DNA of 64,000 nt from an uncultured archaeon (GCA_964486045.1 CAZALK010000008.1:139611-203610); one strand, 5' to 3'; positions 18,413 to 29,715 are shown, counted from the first letter of the stretch. The notes: a model not told the origin generated them from the letters alone. Program-made: numbers and translations.

Positions 18413-20128
18413 ATGGAAAGTCCTTATACAAGTCGTTTTTGGAAGAAAAATTGGGATAGTTTCATTTCTGACTTAAAACCGGAGGAATATGATACTACCA
18501 TGGTCGATATGTTTAAACCCACATTTAAAGATTACCCGAATGTTATGGCTTTAGAATATTTTGGAAGAGAAATTACGTTCGCAGAATTAGATAAATATTC
18601 TAATCAATTTGCGAGAATGCTAAGTGAAAACGGTTTTAAAAAAGGGGATATTGTTGGAATCAACTTACCCAATACACCTCAATATGTTATAGCCGCTGTG
18701 GGAACATTAAAAGCTGATTGTATTATTTCTGGCGTTTCTCCCCTTTTAGCAGCAGTTCAGATGCAATACCAATTAAACGATTTAGGTACAAATGGAAAAC
18801 AGGTTGCCTTGATAACCCTTGATTCAAGTTTTTCTAATAATGTAGTAAAAATCGCGGATTCTATTAAGCAACTAAATCTAGTTATTACGACTAATGTAGC
18901 GAGTTTTCTCCCAACAATAACTGAAGAATTAATCAAATCTTATGGGGAAATTTCTGAAGTAGAAGTCCCCCAAATAGAAGGAAAGATGGTTCTAGACTTA
19001 CATGATGATATTTTAAATGAAGTTTCGTCAAAACCGGTAAATACTGAAACGACTCCTGATGATATTGGATGGATTCAATATACAGGTGGGACGACTGGTC
19101 CACCTAAGGGGGCGATGCTTACTCATAGAGGTCGGGCTTCAAATGTGATTAGTCTAGCAAGGTGGCTCCAATGGAAAAGGGCAGCAGAAATAACTTGTTC
19201 AGGATTCCCTTTTTTTCATATCGCTGGAGTAAATACATCTGAGATCAGCATTTATACAGCAACCAGCCAGCTATTAGTTCTGAATCCACGCGATATTGAT
19301 TATATTGTTAACCTTATAGAGAAATACCGTCCAACGAATCTATCAAATGTACCTTCGTTATACCAACTTTTAATGCGAAATCCCAGATTTAAAGAACTAG
19401 ATCATTCTAATTTACGATTTTGCTTCTGTGCGGCATCACCTTTTCCAAAAGAATCCCAAGGGGAATTAGAAAGTATAATCGGCAAAAATAAGCTCATAGA
19501 AGTGTACGGAATGACTGAACTTTCACCTGTGGCGACAGTGAACCCCTTTATGGGTGTGAAAAAGCTAGGTACGGTTGGATTACCAATCCAAAATGTTGTG
19601 TTAAAGATTGTAGACCCAGAAACTGGAGAGGAGGTACCTATAGGAGAACCGGGAGAAATTCTCGCTGCAGGTCCACTAGTAATGCCCGGCTATCATAATA
19701 AACCAGAAGAAACTAAAAATGCTATAGACAAGGATGGTTATATGCACACAGGTGATGTAGGAATTATGGATGAGGATGGATACATCAAAATAGTTGATCG
19801 TACAAAAGATATGATAATTGTTGGTGGGTTCAAGGTTTTTTCTGCTAAAATCGAAGATGTTTTATCTAAAAATCCCGCAGTAGGTACGATCGCTTTGATT
19901 GGTACTCCCAACCCAAACCGCCCGGGTTCTGAAATTGTTAAAGCTTATATACAACTTCATCCGGAATATGAATATAGTGGAGACGACGACGCTGTTAAAG
20001 AAGATATAATAAAGTTTGCTAAAGAGAATTGTGCTCCTTATGAAGTTCCAAAGATTATTGAGTTTGTTAAGGAATTACCGCTTACGCCTGTTGGGAAGAT
20101 TGATAAAAAGGTCCTACGAAAAAGGTAG
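18413..20128 (+). CDS. Long-chain fatty acid--CoA ligase (AMP-binding family)
   Basis: YTGGTTGPPKG, YGMTE, HTGDVG, DRTKDMI and GKIDKK adenylation motifs. Confidence 0.93.
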   Translation: MESPYTSRFWKKNWDSFISDLKPEEYDTTMVDMFKPTFKDYPNVMALEYFGREITFAELDKYSNQFARMLSENGFKKGDIVGINLPNTPQYVIAAVGTLKADCIISGVSPLLAAVQMQYQLNDLGTNGKQVALITLDSSFSNNVVKIADSIKQLNLVITTNVASFLPTITEELIKSYGEISEVEVPQIEGKMVLDLHDDILNEVSSKPVNTETTPDDIGWIQYTGGTTGPPKGAMLTHRGRASNVISLARWLQWKRAAEITCSGFPFFHIAGVNTSEISIYTATSQLLVLNPRDIDYIVNLIEKYRPTNLSNVPSLYQLLMRNPRFKELDHSNLRFCFCAASPFPKESQGELESIIGKNKLIEVYGMTELSPVATVNPFMGVKKLGTVGLPIQNVVLKIVDPETGEEVPIGEPGEILAAGPLVMPGYHNKPEETKNAIDKDGYMHTGDVGIMDEDGYIKIVDRTKDMIIVGGFKVFSAKIEDVLSKNPAVGTIALIGTPNPNRPGSEIVKAYIQLHPEYEYSGDDDAVKEDIIKFAKENCAPYEVPKIIEFVKELPLTPVGKIDKKVLRKR

Positions 20129-20512
20129 TTAAATAAAAAAATCATTCTATTGTCTTTGTAAGAAATGAGATACGGTAGCCAACAAAAATAATCTAATATT
20201 CTTAAATAATCCTATCAAGAAAAGTAAAATAGTTGTTTTATAATTGAAAAAAAGTTATGAAAGCAATATTATGTCACAACTTTTAAATATTAAAGGATAA
20301 TATGTATTGGATGGGTGTAAAATAAAAAATTTCAACCTTAAATAGCATGTAGATAGCATAGTTTAAAGACTTTTCCTTTTTTGAATAGAACTGTTGAGAT
20401 ATACTGACTACAACAGCCTAAAAGAACCATGGATTTAAATATTTGTATTTACTTGAGTTAAGTTACCAATCCAAATGGTGTTTTAAACATAATAAATCAA
20501 ATTTGATTAATT

Positions 20513-20932
20513 ATGATAGCAATATTAAAAAAATTTAAAAAAAATAAGTTTAGCAATTTTTCTCCAAACTATAATTTCAGTGCTCCTCCTTACAATATGT
20601 TGAGTACATTTCAACCAGGGGCTTATTATAGAATGTATCACCGTGTTCAAGCGGAAAAAATGAAAAGATCTTATGAGTGGGTAAAGTTAATGTCGAGGAC
20701 TGAACAAACCTATAGTCTTGTTGATATTATAAAAATAATCCAAGAAGGAATGCCCCGAGTAAAGACCTACATTAAGGATGGAGTATTAAATGTTATAATT
20801 GGGGAATATAATGAAGAAATCTTAGAAGAATTTCCATTAATCAGTCAAATCATTGAGGAAGGAACGTTAAAAGTTGAATTAGGAGATGATAGGAACACAA
20901 AAATTGTAAATATCGATGTAAAAGGATATTGA
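20513..20932 (+). CDS. Hypothetical protein
   Basis: 139-aa ORF with protein-like composition, no recognised motif, start uncertain. Confidence 0.6.
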   Translation: MIAILKKFKKNKFSNFSPNYNFSAPPYNMLSTFQPGAYYRMYHRVQAEKMKRSYEWVKLMSRTEQTYSLVDIIKIIQEGMPRVKTYIKDGVLNVIIGEYNEEILEEFPLISQIIEEGTLKVELGDDRNTKIVNIDVKGY

Positions 20933-21103
20933 AGTATAATAAAATAAAACTTATTATCAAATTGAGCTGTAAAAATAAATCTTAATAATTAAAATTCTTT
21001 TTTTTTAATATCTACTTTTTGAATCATATAAAAAATTGAAATAACAATTCCAATTTAAATTAATCTAAGTTAAATTCTAAAGATTGCTTTTTATGTCTAA
21101 CCT

Positions 21104-21736
21104 TTAGAAAAAGAAGTCCATCAAATCGTAAAGCTCTATTAATTTCTCGACCGTGAGGTTGCTGAACCCTTTTAATTCATCAATAGGTTTATTTTGGAGC
21201 TCCTTTTGATCTTTCCAATACATTGTAAAAATCATACCAAGATATTTACCATAGATTATCGTCCCACCATTTTCGTTTCCATCCCCCTCAAAGGTCATGA
21301 GTCCAAATGTGTTTTCATCCTCATTCTCACTTAGGAATTCTATTAATTGGGTGTAGAATTTAGAACTCATTAATGTTCTATCTTTAACACCCGACACAAA
21401 TTTATGATCGAACCCGCGCCCTTTATTTCTTGGGACTTTGAGATGGTAGAATCTCAACGTATCTTCTAATTCATTTATGCTGCCACGAGCGTTTTCGAGA
21501 AATTGACCATTTATAGACTCCTCTTCATCTTCACTATCTATTTTTTGAGAACCTCTATGTCTTCCATTACTGTCTATAAATGCAATAAAGGGAGGACATT
21601 CTTCCCCTTTGGGATGATTTTTTATTAAGATCGTGAATAATCCTGTCTTTTTTTGATAATCCACTTGTTTTCTGAAACTCTCTTTACAGTAAGGGCAGAT
21701 CATATTTACTAATGCTGTTTCCTCGGAGTCGATCAC
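21104..21736 (-). CDS. Hypothetical protein with N-terminal Zn-binding module
   Basis: CPYC...H...CPPFIAFIDSNG N-terminal module. Confidence 0.75.
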   Translation of the reverse strand: MIDSEETALVNMICPYCKESFRKQVDYQKKTGLFTILIKNHPKGEECPPFIAFIDSNGRHRGSQKIDSEDEEESINGQFLENARGSINELEDTLRFYHLKVPRNKGRGFDHKFVSGVKDRTLMSSKFYTQLIEFLSENEDENTFGLMTFEGDGNENGGTIIYGKYLGMIFTMYWKDQKELQNKPIDELKGFSNLTVEKLIELYDLMDFFF

Positions 21737-22415
21737 AGTCTTATCATAAGGATAATCTAATTCAAATTTTTAAGTTTTAGTAATTAGATAACTATAAATC
21801 GAAAACGTTGAAAATTTTAGTTGTTTTGTACTGAAGAATTTAGAAGAAACGGGAAAAGCTAATAAGTAATTAATTAGAAAACTACCCAATGTTATTTTAA
21901 CCTTTACAAAAAATTAAAACGAAATTAAAATATTATCAAAATCTAAATGGATATATTAATCTTGATGAAATATAATCAGCATCCAGTGGTAGAAAAGGAA
22001 ATTCTTTTTCCCGTAAGCTCACTCTCACGGTTAATTGAAGATCCTAATAATCCAGGAAATAAGATAGAATTCTATGATTTAGTTGGTGAATATAATATAA
22101 AAAATGGGATAATCTATGGAGTCATCATATTGGTTACTCAATTTCAAATCAAGGCGTATGGTATAAAATTTATCTTGCTAATTTACAGAAAAAATATCTT
22201 ATTTTTTTAAGTTCACAGCCCAATGCATTTATTATTTTTTTCGTCTTGGAAGAGCAATTGAAATTATTAAAAAAGATTTAATATATGTGTCTTTATTAAT
22301 TTTATATTAAAATTATAAAATAATTCTCAAGTAACTAAAACCATGACTTTTTCTATATTGTAGGGAATGTTATGGAAAGTCTGCTTGGGTTGAGTTAATT
22401 AACCGGATTGAGGAG

Positions 22416-22970
22416 TTGGCTAAGCTGGGGAATTCTACAAGGTCATTTATCTATAAGGTAGTCGTAGTTGGTGACGGGGGCGTAGGGAAAACTTCAATGG
22501 TTCTGCGTTATTGTGAAAACGCATTTAAAGAAAATTATATCATGACAATTGGATCAAATTTTTCTACGAAGTCAGTGGAACTAGAAGAATACCCAAATTA
22601 CCTGGTAAAGCTTCAACTCTGGGATCTCGCAGGACAGAAGCATTTTAGCTTCGTTCGCCCTCCTTTCTATAGAGGAGCGACAGCTACGGTATTTGTGTTT
22701 GATATTACACGAAGAAGCTCGTTTCAAAACATCTTAGAGTGGAAAGATGAAGTAGAGAGAGTAATCGGTCAAGGAAAACCATCAATGTTAGTGGGAAATA
22801 AAATTGATCTCGCAGACAAGAGAGAAGTTGGAGAAAAGGAAGGGGAGGCATTAAAGGACGAGATAAATGCTCTTTCTTATTTTGAGACAAGTGCGAAAGA
22901 AGGTCTTGGTGTTCATCCTGTATTTAAAGATATAACCTTAGCCATTCTTAAAAATAGCCATAAAATCTGA
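22416..22970 (+). CDS. Rab-like small GTPase
   Basis: G1 GDGGVGKT, G2 TIG, G3 WDLAGQ, FYRGA, G4 NKID, G5 ETSAK. GAGGAG precedes the TTG start. No C-terminal Cys. Confidence 0.95.
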   Translation: MAKLGNSTRSFIYKVVVVGDGGVGKTSMVLRYCENAFKENYIMTIGSNFSTKSVELEEYPNYLVKLQLWDLAGQKHFSFVRPPFYRGATATVFVFDITRRSSFQNILEWKDEVERVIGQGKPSMLVGNKIDLADKREVGEKEGEALKDEINALSYFETSAKEGLGVHPVFKDITLAILKNSHKI

Positions 22971-23080
22971 TTTAATGAATTTTATTTAGTATAAACAATA
23001 AATTAAAATTCTTTAAATTATTTAAAAAAACTAAGTTCAATCTATTATTATCAAAGAATAAAAAAGGTTAGAATTGAAAA

Positions 23081-23800
23081 ATGTTTGGTGGGCAAGGTAG
23101 GGCTTATGACAGGGCGTTAACGGTATTCTCTCCAGAGGGTCGTTTGTTTCAAGTAGAATATGCCTTAGAGGCTGTAAGACGTGGAACTTTAGCAGTCGCA
23201 GTGAAATCTAAAGATGATGTATGTTTAGTAGCTCAAATTAAAGTCGCTTCGAAGTTAATGGTCGCCGATTCTATAGACAAACTTTTCCAGATAGACGAAC
23301 ATATTGGAGTAGCCATATCAGGGTTGCATGCGGATTCACGAACACTTATTAATTATGCACGAGTTCAAGCCCAATCATTTAGACTGACTTACGATGAACC
23401 TGTTCGGCTAAATATATTAGCAAAGGCAATAGCTGACCTTAAGCAACAATATACACAGTTTGGTGGTACGCGTCCTTGGGGCTGCGCCTTTTTCTTTATC
23501 GGAATTGATGCTTCGGGAGCACACATTTACACGACTTCACCGAGTGGTATTTACAGGCCTTTCAATGCTTATGCTTTAGGAAACGGCGAGGCTACAGCGA
23601 GAGAGTATCTTATCGAAAATTACAAACCTGATTTGCCATTCGAAGGAATTATCAGTCTGGCGCTAAAAACTCTCAAGGAATCGATTGATGAGGAATTAAC
23701 AAAAGAGAACGTACGTCTGGCTTATGTAAAAGGAGACACGAAAAAATTTCACATGGGCTCTAAAGAAGAAATTGAAGGTTTTCTAGCCAAATTAGAATAA
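23081..23800 (+). CDS. psmA: 20S proteasome alpha subunit
   Basis: YDRALTVFSPEGRLFQVEYA signature, SGLHADSR and YTQFGGTRPWG. Confidence 0.96.
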   Translation: MFGGQGRAYDRALTVFSPEGRLFQVEYALEAVRRGTLAVAVKSKDDVCLVAQIKVASKLMVADSIDKLFQIDEHIGVAISGLHADSRTLINYARVQAQSFRLTYDEPVRLNILAKAIADLKQQYTQFGGTRPWGCAFFFIGIDASGAHIYTTSPSGIYRPFNAYALGNGEATAREYLIENYKPDLPFEGIISLALKTLKESIDEELTKENVRLAYVKGDTKKFHMGSKEEIEGFLAKLE

Positions 23801-23901
23801 TTCTCATTTTTTCACTTATCATAAAAGGTTTTATTTTCTAAATTTATAATCTAGTTAGTTATAGATAATCACAAATTTTTCCCAAAACTATAATTTACTG
23901 T

Positions 23902-24303
23902 GTGTTAACAATGGCAAAGAAGAAGATTAGAGAACAGTTTGATGCTGTTTATAAGAATGGTGATGAACAAGCTATCAAAAAGATGTTAAAGAAAAACCCG
24001 TGGCTAGGTGAAGAGATGAAAACTTCAATGGACGCAAGCATGACCAAGCAAAATCAAATTCTTGTTGCTTTAGGTGTTATGGAGGATGAACTTGGGGGAT
24101 CCGTTCCTATCGATGAAATAGTTTTTAGCCTTAGAGTAGATTTTAATATTCGTAAAGATGAGGCAGAAGTTCATCAGATATTAGGGGGTATCGAAGATTT
24201 GAAGCTGGTAAAAAGAGACGCTAATGGTTGGGGTTTGACAAGGGAAGGAGGAAAAATTTGCGATGAATTTCTTAACAAGAATTTAGGAAAATTCGATCTG
24301 TGA
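23902..24303 (+). CDS. Hypothetical protein with C-terminal winged-helix-like domain
   Basis: VHQILGGIEDLKLVKRDANGWGLTREG resembles a wHTH wing. Confidence 0.65.
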   Translation: MLTMAKKKIREQFDAVYKNGDEQAIKKMLKKNPWLGEEMKTSMDASMTKQNQILVALGVMEDELGGSVPIDEIVFSLRVDFNIRKDEAEVHQILGGIEDLKLVKRDANGWGLTREGGKICDEFLNKNLGKFDL

Positions 24304-24423
24304 TTAATTAAATTTTTATTTATGATTTATGAATTCTAGATAAAGTATATTACATTTATTTTAGATTGAAATTATTTATTATAATTATTAGGGTATCTTA
24401 TTACTAATTCTTCTTAAAAACAG

Positions 24424-27400
24424 ATGAATTTTATGAACGAGCGAAAAGAAGAGGATTCAGATGAGAACGGTTTTGATCCAACTAAAGATGCTTTTTTTTC
24501 TGATTTAATGGGAATGGAAGAAGAAGTTGCTTCTGAGGCTTATGAGTTAGTTGAGCATGCAATCCATTTAACAGAAACAAAGTATTTTGATGATAGTATA
24601 GAAATCTTACGCCAAGCTATTGGATTATATTCTCAAATCAATAGAGTAGATGAAATTAAAGCTATAAATGAAAAGATTTCTGAGATATATTTACTAAAGG
24701 AAGAACTATTTAGAGAAAGTGAGGGTAAATCTGAAAAACATGAAGTAGAAGAGGAAGATGTAAAAATTTCTGATGTAGAAAAAGACTCTACTCTTGAGCC
24801 AGAATTAATTCAGAAAGAAATTGAGGTAGATCCAAAAATACAAGCTGAACAACTAGTTAGAGAAGGTAAAGAATTATTAGAAACAAATAATTTTGAAGAA
24901 ACTCTTAATAAGTATGACCAGGCTGTTGAAATCTTGGAAGAGGCTAAGAATTCTGAAGAGATTGAACGGATATTTGAGTTAATCGAAGTATGCTATAAAA
25001 AAAAAGCAGAATTTTTACGAAACGTGAAAAAAATTCCACTTTCAGCTGAGGTTGAGAAAGAAGAAGAACAAAAAGAATTAACTGAAGTAGAATTAAAAGA
25101 AGAAAAACTAAAGCAATATCTCATTTCAAAGAAAAAAGAAGAAGAGATTTCGTCCCACGCTTATGAAGTCTTAGGGAAAGCAGCACAATTAGCTTCTACC
25201 AAACAATACGATAAAGCTCTACAATTGTATAAAGAGGGCGCTAAATATTTTCAAGATTTAAATTGGACATACGAAGTAAAGAAAGTTCAAGACACAATAA
25301 TTCAATTGGAAAATGAAAAATTAGTATTCTTAAAGAGGTTTGATGAACAGAGAATAAGAAGAGAAGAGAAGCTTCAGAGCCAAACTGAGGAGGTAGAAAC
25401 TATAGGGCAGAAAGAAATGGATCTAGAGGAACAAGAAAAACTAGCCAAACTGGAAAGGCTAAAGGCAATTGAAAATCAAAAGATGGAAACTGATTTTTTC
25501 AAATCTCAGATTGATAACATGGCTACGGAGGCATTACGTATGGCTCGAGAATATGAATTGTCAATGCAGAAGGCAATAAAAAAAGGAGACTTAGTTGAAG
25601 ATTGTATTTACCCCCAAGTGATTAAAGCATATGAAAAAATAAAGGAGTTGTTAATTGATAAGGGGTGGAATAGTGAAGTGGCTATTTATGATGATACCAT
25701 TCAAGTATATCATCAAAAACTTAAGCAAGATAATAAAATTAGACAAATCGAAACTGAAAAAGTGTTAAGACAGTTGAAATCGGAAGAATTTATAAAACTT
25801 AAAAAAGAAAATGAAATTCCGGCTCCAACTGAGTCACAAGTTCAAGTTTCAGAAGAACAACATAGAAGAGAAATTGAAGAACAAAAATTCAGAACTAATA
25901 TTGATGAAATAACAATAAGGGCAGAAAGGTTGGCAAGAGAATATGAGGTAGCGCTAAGAAAAGGTAAATTTGAATTAAAATGTCCCTATCCTGAAATTAT
26001 AAAGATTTACAATACAGCAATGCAGAAATCCCAAGAAAGAGGTTGGGAGACTGATATAGCAATTTTTTCTAGTCAAATTCTAGCCTTCACAGAAAAGTTG
26101 GAAAAAGATAAAAGGTTGCGACAGATTGAAGCTGAAAAAATCCTAAAGCAAAAAGAAATGGGAGAAATATTAAAAATACAGAAAGATGACAAATTAAGTG
26201 GTTTAGAGGAGGCAAAATTAAGTACTTCTAAGGTAAAGACAGATAAAGAAGTGGAAGACCAAGAATTTGAACAATTAATAAATGACATGGTCAAAAAAGC
26301 TGAGCTTTTGGCACGTGAGTATGATTTAGCTATGAAAAAAGCAGTAAGGCAGGGAAAATTAGCTAATAATCCACCATTTGCTGAGATAATAAAAATTTAT
26401 GAGAAAGTAAGACAGATGGTCGTCTCCAAAGAAAGAAATGAGGAAGCTGCAGCTTATAAGAACCAAATAAATTTTTACTCCCAAAAATTGCAGAAGGATA
26501 AAAATTTGCGTGATATTGAGGTTAAAAAGGCGGAACGACGAAAAGAAATTAAGGATATGCATAAAGTGGACCGAAAAGTTGGAATCGATGAGGAAAAATT
26601 AAGCACTACTGACCGAAAAAAGGAGGAAGAAGTGGAGTTTGAAAGATATATAACAAATAATATTGATAACGCAGAAAAGTTAGTACGGGAATATGAAATC
26701 TCAATGAGAAAAGCGATGAGGAAAGGTGAAATTTTAGAAAATACACCTTATTCTGAAGTAATTGATATTTATAAAGATATTCTAGAGAAAGTATATGCTA
26801 AAGGTTGGAAAGAACAAACCGAGGTATATACAAACCAAATTAAGATCTACCAAAAAAAATTAGATAAACATGTAAAATTACTTGAAATTGAGGCTAAAAA
26901 GGTAGAAAAACAGAAAGAAATTGATGAAATGCATAAAGCAGATCAAAAAGTTGAAGTTGATGAGGAAAAATTAAGCGCTATTGAAAGAAAAAAGGTGGAA
27001 GAAGAGGATTTTGAACGGAATATAACCAACATGATCGATGAAGCTGAAAAATTAGTGCGAGATTATGAATCAAATATGAGAAAAGCGATGAAGAAAGGTG
27101 AAATTTTAGAAAATACCCCTTATTCTGAAGTAATTGACATGTATAAAGAGATTAGGGAAAAAGTTTACGCAAGGGGTTGGAAGACCCAAGCTGAAGTTTA
27201 TGCAAATCAAATTAAGATCTACCAAGAAAAATTAGATAAACACGTAAAACTTCATGAAGTTGAGGCTAAAAAGGTAGATAGACAAAAAGATATCGATGAT
27301 ATGCTTAAAATAGGAAAACAATTTGAAGTAGATCATAAAAAATTAAAATCTTTAAAAAAAAAAAAGGAAGGGGATGTATTCCAAAAATATATTTCTGATT

Positions 27401-29709
27401 TGGTTGATAAAGCAGCTAAATTGGAGAGAGAACATGATTCAGCTTTGAAGAAGGCATTAAAAAAGGGAGAAGTTATTGATAAAACCCCTTATCCGGAAAT
27501 TATCGAGATTTACAAACAAATTAAAAACGATTTAACTGATAAAGGATGGATAGAACAAGTACAGATTTACTCAAATCAAATAAAAATTTATGAAAAGAAA
27601 TTAAAAAAAAGTGAAAAGTTACACCAAGTCGAAGCGAAAAAAGCAGATAGACAAAGAGATATTGATGAAATGCATAGAGTCAGAGAAGAATTAAAACCAG
27701 AAAAAGTAAACGAAACAGTGGGAGAGATTAAAGAGGAAGATATATTATTAGATAATGCTATGAGCCTAATAGATGAAGCTGAAAGATCCGTCAAAAATTA
27801 TGAATTAAGTATTAAAACAGATGTCTTATTATACGAAAGTCCTTATGAAAAAGCTATTGAAAATTACCAAGAAGCGAAAAAACTATTCCAAAAGATTGGT
27901 TGGAATGAAGAAGCTTCTCGGTTAGTTAATACCATCAAATTTTATAAGAAAAAAAATGAGAAGGATGAAAATTTAAGGCAATTAGAGAAAAAGAAATTAG
28001 AAGAATTAACTATTGAGAAAGTTTTAGTTAAGGACGACACAAAAAAAGGCAATTTCGCACGTGAAAAAAGGATTTTAGAATTTGAGAAACAAAAGAAAGA
28101 GAAAAGTGAAGCAGCAGAAAAGATTTTTAACGAAATCCAGAAAGCTGAAAAAATGGCACAGGAGTATGAAATAAAGAAAAAGGAGATTATCTTTGATCAT
28201 AAAGCACCGTATGATGAAATTCTAAAGATCTATCGTGAAGCTAGAAAAAACCTCGAGGAAATTGGTTGGATAGAGGAATCTATGCATATTGTAAATACAA
28301 TAAGATTCTATAAAGAAAAATTTGAGAAAGATAAAAGATTACGTGCGTTAGAAATTGCGAAAGGTGAAAAACGAGATGAGGAATTATTACAACAGCAAAC
28401 TTTGTTAAAACAAGCAAAGAAAGAGCAAGAAACACTCCTCAAAAGAAGAAAAGAGTCAAGGTTACTACAAAAAGAAAAGGTGAATACATTTGAAACAGCA
28501 AAAGATAAAGCATTTATTTTAATGGATAAAGCAAAAGTTGAATTAAATTCAAATAATTTTGAAAATGCCATTCAATTTTATAAGGAAAGTGAAGAAATAT
28601 TCTCTGAAATTAGCTGGCAAGAAGGAGTTAATATGGTAATAGATTCGATTGCAATGATCAAGAGAAGAAAAAAATCCTTTGAATTTGAACAAGCGAACAT
28701 TGAAAAGGAAAGACTAGAAAAATTGAATATCGAGTCAAAATTAGAAGAGAAGTTTGCTAAGGCTGAAGAATTAAGGAAACTTCAGCAGGAGGAAAAGAGA
28801 AAAGAATTCTTAAAAATCCAAAGTGAGAAACAATGGGAAAGAGAAATATCAGAGGAAGCTTACAAACTTTTAGAACAAGGGACATCACTACTAGAACGCA
28901 AAAAATTTGAAGAAGCGAATGAAAAGTATATAGAAGCTCGCAAATTATTTGATAAAATTTCATGGAAGCGAGAAGTTTCTCGTATAAACAATGAACTTCT
29001 TTTCGTACTTAAACGAGAGAAAAAGATTCATGAAGTTCTTGGGGATATAAAAAAGAAAAAAGAAGAAGAAGAAAAACAAATGGAGAAGTTGAAAAAAGAA
29101 ACTGAAAGAGAACGTCGTGAATTAAAAAAGCAGAAGAAAGACGATAAACGCAAATTAGCTAGAGAAGAATTTGATAAGAAAATATTTAGAGAATTAGAGA
29201 GAGCAAAAAGATTTATTAATGATTTCAAATATAATGAAGGAATTCTTCTTATGATTAGAGAGAAGAAAAAGTTAAGAAAATTAGTAAATGATGAGGAAAT
29301 AAAGAGGATCGAAGAAATAATTAACGATGTGAAAGATAAAGCAGAAATTCCATTAGTTACATTTGAACCCCTAGGTAACATTGGAAACCATGAAAAATTC
29401 GAAACCACATATAAAGCACTAGATAAAGCCCAAGTTTCATTGGAAAATGATCAGCTCATGAAAGCTGTTTCTGAATTAAACGAAGCAAAGGCCAACCTCA
29501 AAGTTCTTAAAATGGGTAAAAAATATATCAGTGATATAGATAAAAAGATTCGTGAATTGCAGGAAAGATTAGGGAAAAAACCTCCTAAAGAAGACTTTGA
29601 AGCTAAAGAAAAAGAACATGACGCTGAGATGGACAGGTTAAAGGCTCGAATTGCAGCGAGAAGAGAAGAAAGAAGAAAAAAAGTATTAGACTTATTAAAA
29701 AAAGATTAG
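24424..29709 (+). CDS. Giant (1761 aa) all-helical repeat protein with MIT/TPR-like units joined by charged helices
   Basis: Eight ~124-aa repeats (AEKLxREYE...PYxEIIxIY...GW...NQIxxYxxKL) plus about seven AYxLLxxA...FxxAxxxY units. E/K-rich. Confidence 0.85.
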   Translation: MNFMNERKEEDSDENGFDPTKDAFFSDLMGMEEEVASEAYELVEHAIHLTETKYFDDSIEILRQAIGLYSQINRVDEIKAINEKISEIYLLKEELFRESEGKSEKHEVEEEDVKISDVEKDSTLEPELIQKEIEVDPKIQAEQLVREGKELLETNNFEETLNKYDQAVEILEEAKNSEEIERIFELIEVCYKKKAEFLRNVKKIPLSAEVEKEEEQKELTEVELKEEKLKQYLISKKKEEEISSHAYEVLGKAAQLASTKQYDKALQLYKEGAKYFQDLNWTYEVKKVQDTIIQLENEKLVFLKRFDEQRIRREEKLQSQTEEVETIGQKEMDLEEQEKLAKLERLKAIENQKMETDFFKSQIDNMATEALRMAREYELSMQKAIKKGDLVEDCIYPQVIKAYEKIKELLIDKGWNSEVAIYDDTIQVYHQKLKQDNKIRQIETEKVLRQLKSEEFIKLKKENEIPAPTESQVQVSEEQHRREIEEQKFRTNIDEITIRAERLAREYEVALRKGKFELKCPYPEIIKIYNTAMQKSQERGWETDIAIFSSQILAFTEKLEKDKRLRQIEAEKILKQKEMGEILKIQKDDKLSGLEEAKLSTSKVKTDKEVEDQEFEQLINDMVKKAELLAREYDLAMKKAVRQGKLANNPPFAEIIKIYEKVRQMVVSKERNEEAAAYKNQINFYSQKLQKDKNLRDIEVKKAERRKEIKDMHKVDRKVGIDEEKLSTTDRKKEEEVEFERYITNNIDNAEKLVREYEISMRKAMRKGEILENTPYSEVIDIYKDILEKVYAKGWKEQTEVYTNQIKIYQKKLDKHVKLLEIEAKKVEKQKEIDEMHKADQKVEVDEEKLSAIERKKVEEEDFERNITNMIDEAEKLVRDYESNMRKAMKKGEILENTPYSEVIDMYKEIREKVYARGWKTQAEVYANQIKIYQEKLDKHVKLHEVEAKKVDRQKDIDDMLKIGKQFEVDHKKLKSLKKKKEGDVFQKYISDLVDKAAKLEREHDSALKKALKKGEVIDKTPYPEIIEIYKQIKNDLTDKGWIEQVQIYSNQIKIYEKKLKKSEKLHQVEAKKADRQRDIDEMHRVREELKPEKVNETVGEIKEEDILLDNAMSLIDEAERSVKNYELSIKTDVLLYESPYEKAIENYQEAKKLFQKIGWNEEASRLVNTIKFYKKKNEKDENLRQLEKKKLEELTIEKVLVKDDTKKGNFAREKRILEFEKQKKEKSEAAEKIFNEIQKAEKMAQEYEIKKKEIIFDHKAPYDEILKIYREARKNLEEIGWIEESMHIVNTIRFYKEKFEKDKRLRALEIAKGEKRDEELLQQQTLLKQAKKEQETLLKRRKESRLLQKEKVNTFETAKDKAFILMDKAKVELNSNNFENAIQFYKESEEIFSEISWQEGVNMVIDSIAMIKRRKKSFEFEQANIEKERLEKLNIESKLEEKFAKAEELRKLQQEEKRKEFLKIQSEKQWEREISEEAYKLLEQGTSLLERKKFEEANEKYIEARKLFDKISWKREVSRINNELLFVLKREKKIHEVLGDIKKKKEEEEKQMEKLKKETERERRELKKQKKDDKRKLAREEFDKKIFRELERAKRFINDFKYNEGILLMIREKKKLRKLVNDEEIKRIEEIINDVKDKAEIPLVTFEPLGNIGNHEKFETTYKALDKAQVSLENDQLMKAVSELNEAKANLKVLKMGKKYISDIDKKIRELQERLGKKPPKEDFEAKEKEHDAEMDRLKARIAARREERRKKVLDLLKKD

Positions 29710-29715
29710 AGTTAT

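Noticed and set aside
21947-22210. 87-aa plus-strand ORF
   Set aside because: No motif and a low-complexity tail. It may be a gene remnant but I cannot support it.
26500-27700. DNA repeats as a CRISPR array or mobile repeat
   Set aside because: In-frame 372-nt coding repeats of the giant helical protein.
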